This document shows, piece after piece, positions 8,356 through 14,082 of a stretch of 14,082 nucleotides of DNA (positions are counted from its first letter, which is position 1; each line of letters opens with the position of its first letter). A program made the position numbers and the translations under genes. This DNA comes from Candidatus Zixiibacteriota bacterium. GTDB lineage: Bacteria; Zixibacteria; MSB-5A5; CAIYYT01. The notes under the pieces are model-generated. The model did no database searches. It was not told the DNA's origin and saw only the letters and a list, made by a program, of their open reading frames with translations. The stretch is taken from contig JBECKX010000175.1 of assembly GCA_040235515.1 (NCBI GenBank), forward strand, positions 1 through 14,082, read 5' to 3'.

Positions 8356-8384
8356 TTGTGGATTTTAAAAGTGGATACTATGAT
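8356..8384 (+). promoter_or_regulatory. putative sigma70 promoter for the second Rrf2 gene
   Basis: TTGTGG (8356-8361), 17-nt spacer, TATGAT (8379-8384). Confidence 0.45.
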
Positions 8385-8559
8385 AGATCATCTGCCCTCA
8401 CCCGACAGATGAGAGATCGGCTTCTAAGACATGGCGGTAAAGACAACGCCGGCGCCGGCTGCACGAGCCGAGGGGAATCAAGCGCAGGCCCAGGTTTGGA
8501 ACAAAATAGAGATTTGATGTTGAACGATTGTAACAGGTTCAGATAGGAGATGGATAAAT

Positions 8560-8988
8560 ATGAAGATTTCGCGAAAGGCTGACTATGCTCTCAGGGCGGT
8601 GGTGTTCCTTTCCAGACAACCGGAGGACAAGCGCAGTTCGATCAACGAAATAGCCGAGTCGGAGGAGATTCCGCGCGACTTCCTCGCCAAAATCCTCAAA
8701 GACCTGACCCGTGCCCAGATCCTGCGTTCGTACCAGGGCGTTCGTGGCGGTTACCGTCTGGCCAAAGAGCCGAGCAAGATCAATATGCTGGAGGTGATCG
8801 AGGCGATGGATGGCCCGATCGGTGTCAGTCAGGCGATGCGTGACAAGACCGACTACGCCGGGATGTATCCGTTCTGGAATCAGTTGCAGAATGATGTCAT
8901 GAAGAGCCTGGCCAACAAGTCGATCGATAGCTTCATCGCTGCCCGCAAGCGCACGCGCGGCAAATCGCGGGCGAAAGCCAGGAAGTAG
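8560..8988 (+). CDS. Rrf2-family transcriptional regulator, cysteine-less paralog with basic C-terminal tail
   Basis: Same Rrf2 wHTH signature, with 64 of the first 86 residues identical to the upstream Rrf2 by manual alignment. No Cys anywhere. TAGGAGA RBS. Confidence 0.93.
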   Translation: MKISRKADYALRAVVFLSRQPEDKRSSINEIAESEEIPRDFLAKILKDLTRAQILRSYQGVRGGYRLAKEPSKINMLEVIEAMDGPIGVSQAMRDKTDYAGMYPFWNQLQNDVMKSLANKSIDSFIAARKRTRGKSRAKARK

Positions 8989-9008
8989 TTCAACCGACTG
9001 ATCAACGA

Positions 9009-9034
9009 GTCGGCATTCATGCCGACCGATTTTT
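9009..9034 (+). terminator. probable intrinsic terminator after the second Rrf2 gene
   Basis: Stem GTCGGCA/TGCCGAC with a TTCA loop (9009-9026), then CGA and TTTTT. Confidence 0.55.
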
Positions 9035-9121
9035 CTCCGAAGGCGGTAAGCGCCCGGCATGGTTCGCCCCTGAATCGGCAGAGCTGAGCCAGAGTGGCCT
9101 CCCCAATCGCCAACTAATCGC

Positions 9122-9149
9122 TTGACCGGCCGCGCTGCGTGTATATCTT
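9122..9149 (+). promoter_or_regulatory. putative promoter for tRNA-Ala
   Basis: TTGACC (9122-9127), 16-nt spacer, TATCTT (9144-9149). A CACCGGG/CCCGGTG hairpin lies in the predicted leader. Confidence 0.45.
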
Positions 9150-9196
9150 CTCTCTGCACCGGGTCTCCCCCGGTGGACGCAAAGCTCACCTGATAT

Positions 9197-9269
9197 GGGG
9201 CAGTAGCTCAGTTGGTAGAGCGGTACGTTCGCAACGTACAGGTCGGCGGTTCGATCCCGCTCTGCTCCA
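9197..9269 (+). tRNA. tRNA-Ala (anticodon CGC), CCA not encoded
   Basis: Cloverleaf: acceptor GGGGCAG/CTGCTCC with the G3:U70 alanine identity pair, D arm GCTC/GAGC, anticodon arm GTACG-TTCGCAA-CGTAC, T arm GGCGG-TTCGATC-CCGCT, discriminator A followed by TGT. Confidence 0.97.
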
Positions 9270-9386
9270 TGTAATCTGCTCAGGTGCAAGCTTTTGCTGG
9301 CTGCATCGCACAGTTTGACACACAGCCTCGTTTTGATAGATGGAAGAAAAAGTTGGGAAGTCGGATGTTAAGATCAAAGTTTGTGC

Positions 9387-9416
9387 TTGACAGAATCGCG
9401 GGGGGGGGGGTATTTT
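9387..9416 (+). promoter_or_regulatory. putative sigma70 promoter with a poly-G (G11) tract in the spacer
   Basis: Consensus TTGACA (9387-9392), 18-nt spacer containing G11 (9400-9410), then TATTTT (9411-9416). It lies 35 nt upstream of ATG 9452. Confidence 0.6.
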
Positions 9417-9451
9417 GTGAATAACCGATTCAAAAAGGGACTAGATTCAAA

Positions 9452-9934
9452 ATGCACAGGCGGAATAATGGCGTTGGGTTGGCAGTGATGATTGTAATTG
9501 CTGCATTAGTTGGCCTCTCATGCGATACCGGAAGGCTTGCAGGATATTGATTACTCCTTCATTGAGGCCAAGATCTCGATAAATCCGTTCTATGTGCGTG
9601 ACACGTTGCAGACAGAGTCCCTTGTGATAGAGCCGGACATCGAGGCAGCTTCGTACAGGTCGAAGGCCTGGGCGACATATTTGGGAGCAACCACAAAGAC
9701 GATGCTGTTTCGTATACAACTACCCATGAGTTAGTGCACCTCGTCGACGAAACGATCAATGAAGCCTGTGATGTGCCATCAGAACATGTTCCATAGAATT
9801 GCGTGATGCACAAGATGGATATTGATTCAATCCAGGATGTTCTTTTTCTGTTTTGCCCAGGCTCGGCTATGCACCCTTATGACAAGCAAATCTGTGACAG
9901 CTGCATAGCGAGATTGGAGACTGCGACGTGGTAG
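9452..9934 (+). pseudogene. disrupted zinc metalloprotease (HExxH, metzincin/archaemetzincin-like) lipoprotein
   Basis: ATG 9452 gives MHRRNNGVGLAVMIVIAALVGLSC, a lipoprotein-like signal, and stops at 9550. Coding probably continues in the +1 frame (PEGLQDIDYSFIEAK...) and then returns to the original frame: GSFVQVEGLGDIFGSNHKDDAVSYTTTHELVH (HExxH at 9725-9739)...EHVP*(TAG 9794-9796)NCVMH...ICDSCIARLETATW*. The final stop (9932-9934) overlaps the next gene's GTG start. Confidence 0.7.
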
Positions 9935-10830
9935 TTCTGGGCGAGCAGGCTCTTGCCGGCGATTCCGGAAGCCCGGGACGCCGTTCATATCTATTTGAGA
10001 GTGTATTGGTTGCGTTGCTACTGGCTGTTTCCTCCTTCTTCTCGCCAGCCGTGGGGCGTAGCCTCACTGCCGACTCGCTTGAGATTCAACTCTCCATGTC
10101 GGCAAAGGAATATTTCTATGGTCAGGAGATATATGCGACCGTTTCCGTGATAAATCGAACAGACGATTCGCTGCAAGTTCTCTCGACATTTCTTCCGACT
10201 GTCCTGAAGTTGATAGACGAGATCGGAACGCAGAGGTCAATGGAGAATATCCGCTTCACAATGGGCGGGATCGGCTCACGGAGCCTAGCTCCACGCGAGA
10301 CTTTGCTAGTAGATCGTCGCATTCATTCTTACTACTACGCTTATGAAGATCCTGCCAAGAAAGAGTTTATTTTGGGGCCGCATACGCTACGAGCAGAGTT
10401 TGGCCCATTCGTGTCAAAGACAGTGGAATATGAAGTACTCCCGAACAGACCTTCAGATGATGAAATCGTAGCAGTGCTGGGCCAGGCATGTCGGTCGTGG
10501 TTCGAGCCGAGCGCCTACACTGAGATGACAGAGAGAACTCAAGCGGTCTTGAGAAACAGCTTGGGTTCCATCTACGAGCCGGAACTACTCTTTGCCCTGA
10601 GAAGACTCGCATTAGGCTCAAATGATGACTCTCTGGAAGTAGATTCCAGCAAGCGCCTTGTAACTGAATACCCTAATCACGGCTACGCTCAAATTCTCTT
10701 AGTGGATCTTTCCAACAAGCTGGATCCCGATGCCCGAAGCGATTTCTTTGATTCCGTGGTTAGAGATCATCCGAACACACGTGCAGCAAAATGGATTCGA
10801 CAGTACCGAAAATCAATGGGGAGTGAATGA
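9928..10830 (+). CDS. hypothetical exported protein (signal peptide, Ig-like beta-sandwich N-domain, TPR-like helical C-domain)
   Basis: 300-aa ORF with GGAG 8 nt before the GTG. Hydrophobic signal RRSYLFESVLVALLLAVSSFFSPAVG. Beta-sandwich pattern 'LEIQLSMSAKEYFYGQEIYATVSVIN...LAPRETL...GPHTLRAEF'. TPR-like 'LVTEYPNHGYA' and 'VVRDHPNTRAA'. Its stop overlaps the next start (ATGA). Confidence 0.75.
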   Translation: MVVLGEQALAGDSGSPGRRSYLFESVLVALLLAVSSFFSPAVGRSLTADSLEIQLSMSAKEYFYGQEIYATVSVINRTDDSLQVLSTFLPTVLKLIDEIGTQRSMENIRFTMGGIGSRSLAPRETLLVDRRIHSYYYAYEDPAKKEFILGPHTLRAEFGPFVSKTVEYEVLPNRPSDDEIVAVLGQACRSWFEPSAYTEMTERTQAVLRNSLGSIYEPELLFALRRLALGSNDDSLEVDSSKRLVTEYPNHGYAQILLVDLSNKLDPDARSDFFDSVVRDHPNTRAAKWIRQYRKSMGSE

Positions 10831-11405
10831 TGAGAATAAGTAATCTCGTTAACATTGGCTTGGTGGCACTGGGGTGGTTCGTTCTTTCCGCCCTGCCCAT
10901 TGGGAACACTGCCAGCGCCCAGGATTCTCGCATTGGCGACACAGCCGCTGTGCAGATGTCGTTGTATTCAGTACAACAAAGCGTCCAGTTGGGTAAAGCA
11001 GAGTATGAACACTGGGCATTCAACCGGGACTTGATCATTGATGGCGAAATGATGGCCGACAGTACGATACGGGCGGAGTTGCGGGCTATCTACGAACTTG
11101 CCGAGACGCGACTCAAGTATCGACCTGACAGACTGTTTCACCCGCTCGACGAATTCTTCGGGCCCTTCGGCGAGTTTCAGGTGGAGGATTGTGACTATAG
11201 CTTCGAAGGCGATACCTGCACGGTAAATTTGACTTTCGCGCTCTATCGCTATCAGGCGTCATCGGTTGCGGGGATGATGAAGTTCCACAGAATGCGACCC
11301 TATTTCTGGGTGCTCGATCGCATCGACGGGTTGCTCCCGTTCCTTGAGGCAAACGCAACCGTCAAACGTCCACCCGGTTACCTTGAACCCCCGCAGAAGC
11401 CGTGA
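10827..11405 (+). CDS. hypothetical exported protein
   Basis: 192-aa ORF with a GGGGAG RBS and an ATGA overlap with the upstream gene. Signal peptide ends in ASA-Q. No family recognised. Confidence 0.7.
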   Translation: MMRISNLVNIGLVALGWFVLSALPIGNTASAQDSRIGDTAAVQMSLYSVQQSVQLGKAEYEHWAFNRDLIIDGEMMADSTIRAELRAIYELAETRLKYRPDRLFHPLDEFFGPFGEFQVEDCDYSFEGDTCTVNLTFALYRYQASSVAGMMKFHRMRPYFWVLDRIDGLLPFLEANATVKRPPGYLEPPQKP

Positions 11406-11416
11406 TGGAGGGGAAG

Positions 11417-13084
11417 ATGAAAACATTCAGTAAAGCGATAGACTTAAAGAGATCAGCGATATTCTTAAGTCTACTTATTCTCTTGTCTTTAATCTCGCTT
11501 ACATCCCTCAATGCACAGTTGTTAGTCCAGAATCTGCTCTGGACCAACCCGCCAGAGTATGTGATGGACAGAGACTTTGCCGTCTCCAACTTTGGCAAGA
11601 AAGTGTTCTGCATGTCATTCGCGGGATCGGTCGCCCAGGTAGTGGGCATGAGCGGTCCTGCTGCAAGCAAATTCGCCGCGTTTGTTGATCCGTGCTGGAA
11701 TCGTCTTGTTTTTCTGGAAAATAATTACAATGCGATTCGCGCATACGGCTCTCCCGGAAGTGGTAACGATCAGTTCTCCAATCCGCTGGACATTGAGGTA
11801 AGAGCCCCGTATGGTGGTTCTGGTACGCTGCTCACCGATATCCCATACTTAATTTTCGTCGCTGATACCGGCAATGACAGAGTGCAGTACCTTCGTTACT
11901 TCTGGGCGCAACCTGAATCGGGGCTTCAGCATCAACGCTACATCACAAACGCGCTCATGTCGCAGCCGATAGCAATTGATATCGACAATGATGGCAAGTA
12001 TTACTATGTCCCTGGCTACATCATTTGGGTTGCAACTGCTGACAATCTGCTGCTCGCGTTCGTTTCCGCTGATGGCAGTCTCTTGAATTCTTATGGTGGA
12101 ACCGGAAGCGGCACCGGATACTTCGACGGCATCACTGGACTGGCATGCGGCGTTGACTTCAGCACAGCCGCGAATGACGGCAGTGTTTTTGTTGCCGACA
12201 GCGGCAACGAACGAATCGTAAGACTGCAACGCACGCAAGGGTCAATTCTGTGGCAGCAGGAGATCGGTTACCCGGCCGTCTTCGTCAAAAAGCTTGAGGT
12301 TGATGGGGAGGGTAATCTCTGGATCGTACACAAGGATGGGCAGATTCACAAATATACTAAAGACTTTGTGTACCTCGGACAAACAGGCTCCGCGGGAACA
12401 GGAAGCAATCAACTCGATGCTCCGACCAGTCTCTCATGTGGGGCAGGCCATAGACGAAATGGTGGCATGATGGTCTGCGAAAGGTGGGGTGATGAGACTG
12501 GTATCAAAGGATTTACGATCGGAACCAGTGTGAAAGACTCCTACGCGGATTCCTATTCTATGGGCAGCGAATGCCACACTGATCTCAAGTTTACTCTTGG
12601 TGACTACTCCTTCGTAACTGCAGCGATCTTTAGCAGTACCGGCGCATTCGTAAAGACCATTGCCGACAATCTAGTTCTGCCGCCTGGTGTGAACACACTC
12701 GGCTGGGATGGTAAGAGCGCTTCAGGAACAACTGTAGCATCTGGAATCTACTTTGCAGAAATCACCGCCGAGGCGAGTTACGAGAACTACTTTACAGGCC
12801 AGCCATCGGCGATAGTTACTGACACAGCCTGGTTCGCCACTTGCGACGCCACGTGTACATGGTTGGTAGGCGATGCCGATAACAGCGGAGCGTATTCGAT
12901 CGGTGACTCAGTTTATCTGATCAACTATATCTTTGGAGGCGGTCCAGCGCCACAACCTCATCCCGTTGGATCCGGAGATGCTGACTGCAGTGGGGATGTT
13001 GGGATTTCTGATCCTGTCTACCTGATCAACTTCATGTTTGGCGGTGGCCCTGCACCCCAATGCACATGTGAAGATTATCTCTAG
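11417..13084 (+). CDS. exported NHL-repeat (beta-propeller) protein with FlgD-like Ig domain and C-terminal dockerin-like repeat
   Basis: ATG 11417 with GGAGG 5 nt upstream (alternative GTG 11402). Signal peptide ends in LNA-Q. NHL motifs GSPGSGNDQFSNPLDI, IFVADTGNDRVQ, VFVADSGNERI and GSAGTGSNQLDAP. FlgD-Ig segment 'IFSSTGAFVKTI...WDGKSASGTTVASGIYF'. Duplicated GDAD...D.VYLIN..FGGGPAP tail. Confidence 0.85.
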   Translation: MKTFSKAIDLKRSAIFLSLLILLSLISLTSLNAQLLVQNLLWTNPPEYVMDRDFAVSNFGKKVFCMSFAGSVAQVVGMSGPAASKFAAFVDPCWNRLVFLENNYNAIRAYGSPGSGNDQFSNPLDIEVRAPYGGSGTLLTDIPYLIFVADTGNDRVQYLRYFWAQPESGLQHQRYITNALMSQPIAIDIDNDGKYYYVPGYIIWVATADNLLLAFVSADGSLLNSYGGTGSGTGYFDGITGLACGVDFSTAANDGSVFVADSGNERIVRLQRTQGSILWQQEIGYPAVFVKKLEVDGEGNLWIVHKDGQIHKYTKDFVYLGQTGSAGTGSNQLDAPTSLSCGAGHRRNGGMMVCERWGDETGIKGFTIGTSVKDSYADSYSMGSECHTDLKFTLGDYSFVTAAIFSSTGAFVKTIADNLVLPPGVNTLGWDGKSASGTTVASGIYFAEITAEASYENYFTGQPSAIVTDTAWFATCDATCTWLVGDADNSGAYSIGDSVYLINYIFGGGPAPQPHPVGSGDADCSGDVGISDPVYLINFMFGGGPAPQCTCEDYL

Positions 13085-13108
13085 ACTGGAGGAGAGCAGG
13101 CGAGGGTG

Positions 13109-14020
13109 TCAAGCGTTCGCGGAAAGGACCGCCAGCACCAGCGAATTGTACTTGGTCTCAACCGTATCGTAGCCGGAGGTAACCACGCCCGGGACTTTAC
13201 CACCGGTGAGGACGATACCAAGCTTGCTTTGCGTGTACATCGAGAAAGCCTTATAGACACCGTAGTTGACCGCGAGGTTGTGCCCGACAACGATATCGGC
13301 GTGACCTGCCACAGGTCCAGTCGCCTTCTTGCCCGCAGCGGCTTCCGGCATCAGCGCGACATCCATCGAAAGCGGCCCATCCACCTTGCACCCCTTGATC
13401 TGACCCTTGTCCACCATCTTTGAGATTACAGCCGCCGCGATCGTAACCGGCATCTGCGGGTAGATCACTTCTACTGCGGCGAGCAACGCTACTTTGGGGT
13501 CATCATTGCCGAGCCTGTGGTTGAGCAAAACGGCATCGTTCAGGATCGCCACCAGGTCCATCAGTTGCGGATGTGGACAGACAATCGGATCGGCAACAGT
13601 CAGGAGCCGCCCTATCTGTTCATTCTCCACCACCAGGTTGCCGCTGACGATATTGTTGCGAACACGAAATCCAAGTTTGCGCTCGAAGCAGAGTGACAAG
13701 AAGTCCTTTACCCCAAAAACTCCCTTACAGATCCCACAAACCTTGTCATCGCGCACCAGTTCGAGGGCCTGATACACCGAAGAATTTGGCTCATCGGAAC
13801 GCACCAGCTCCCAACCGCGCGTGTTGATGTCAACCTCCTTGCCCGCCTTGAGAATTGACTCCTCCGCGCCGATCAGTACTGGCTTGATGAGGCGGTTCTT
13901 CATGGCGCGGTCGAGCGCCTGAATCAGCTTGGGATCGTGCGGCTCGACACAGGCCATCAACAGCGGATCTCGCGCCTTCTCGCGAGCCAGCTTTTCAATC
14001 TGGGCGAAACTCTTAAGCAT
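13109..14020 (-). CDS. phosphate butyryl/acetyltransferase (PTA_PTB family) homolog, divergent active-site region
   Basis: PKVALLAAVE.....MP.T..AA.ISKM...GQIKGC.VDGPLSMDVA, VAGHADI, GGKVP.V.TS..D..ETK.NSL.LA. Confidence 0.85.
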   Translation of the reverse strand: MLKSFAQIEKLAREKARDPLLMACVEPHDPKLIQALDRAMKNRLIKPVLIGAEESILKAGKEVDINTRGWELVRSDEPNSSVYQALELVRDDKVCGICKGVFGVKDFLSLCFERKLGFRVRNNIVSGNLVVENEQIGRLLTVADPIVCPHPQLMDLVAILNDAVLLNHRLGNDDPKVALLAAVEVIYPQMPVTIAAAVISKMVDKGQIKGCKVDGPLSMDVALMPEAAAGKKATGPVAGHADIVVGHNLAVNYGVYKAFSMYTQSKLGIVLTGGKVPGVVTSGYDTVETKYNSLVLAVLSANA

Positions 14021-14082
14021 GGCCGCTCACCTTTCGATGGTGCGCCAGCAGACAAGCGATCGAAATCGACGCCAGCTTGTTG
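14013..14082 (-). CDS. 3' end of an upstream gene, probably another PTA_PTB-family phosphate acyltransferase (partial)
   Basis: The minus-strand frame reads NKLASISIACLLAHHRKVSGHA*, resembling the Ptb C-terminal 'K..SI..A.L' helix. Its TAA overlaps the downstream ATG (ATGCTTAA). Confidence 0.55.
   Translation of the reverse strand, partial: NKLASISIACLLAHHRKVSGHA

Noticed and set aside
8352..8546. 64-aa ORF between the Rrf2 genes
   Set aside because: No RBS, it overlaps the predicted promoter and it has no recognisable protein features.
9510..9734. 74-aa ORF as a stand-alone gene
   Set aside because: It has a TTG start without a clear RBS and is better explained as the middle fragment of the 9452-9934 pseudogene.
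9794..9796. Programmed TAG readthrough (pyrrolysine or recoding) in the metalloprotease
   Set aside because: The same gene also needs two frameshifts, and other genes in the window end normally at TAG. Decay or sequence error is simpler.
9250..13108. Intact integrative element with att repeats at tRNA-Ala
   Set aside because: There is no integrase or transposase, and I found no duplicate of the tRNA 3' end at the right boundary.
2010..13772. Numerous antisense or alternate-frame ORFs from the track (e.g. 2361-2789, 3814-4320, 5067-5501, 8539-9189, 9017-9289, 13106-13423)
   Set aside because: They are shadows of well-supported genes or of the tRNA, as expected in GC-rich sequence, and have no motifs of their own.
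1..14082. CRISPR array or known riboswitch/large ncRNA (tmRNA, RNase P, T-box, cobalamin)
   Set aside because: I saw no regularly spaced direct repeats and no hallmark sequences by eye. An Infernal/Rfam scan is needed to exclude divergent members.

Overview
This 14 kb bacterial window has two proteins ending in a duplicated dockerin-like 'GDAD..SIGDAVYLI.YIFGGGP.P' tail. I associate that tail with Candidatus Zixibacteria/FCB-group genomes (inference, no search run). From left to right it holds: a partial SRPBCC/AHSA1 protein (-), a Cys-type glutathione peroxidase with a probable signal peptide (+), a bacteriohemerythrin (+), an SDR oxidoreductase (-), a secreted M28 peptidase with TSP3, Ig and dockerin-like domains (-), mscL with a C-terminal CxxC...CxxC tail (-), glutamine-dependent nadE (-), two tandem Rrf2 regulators (+) and tRNA-Ala(CGC) (+). 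Next comes an accessory operon of exported proteins (+): a broken HExxH metalloprotease lipoprotein, two hypothetical proteins and an NHL/FlgD-Ig/dockerin protein. The window ends with two tandem phosphate acyltransferase (Ptb/Pta)-like genes (-). Five observations stand out. (1) A G11 tract fills the -35/-10 spacer of the accessory operon promoter, an architecture typical of phase variation. (2) A frameshifted zinc-protease lipoprotein pseudogene, missed by the ORF track, heads that operon. (3) The Rrf2 pair share a nearly identical DNA-binding head, but only one has the Fe-S cysteines. (4) A dockerin-like tail is shared by non-cellulolytic secreted proteins. (5) The Rrf2 genes are flanked by structured non-coding regions.
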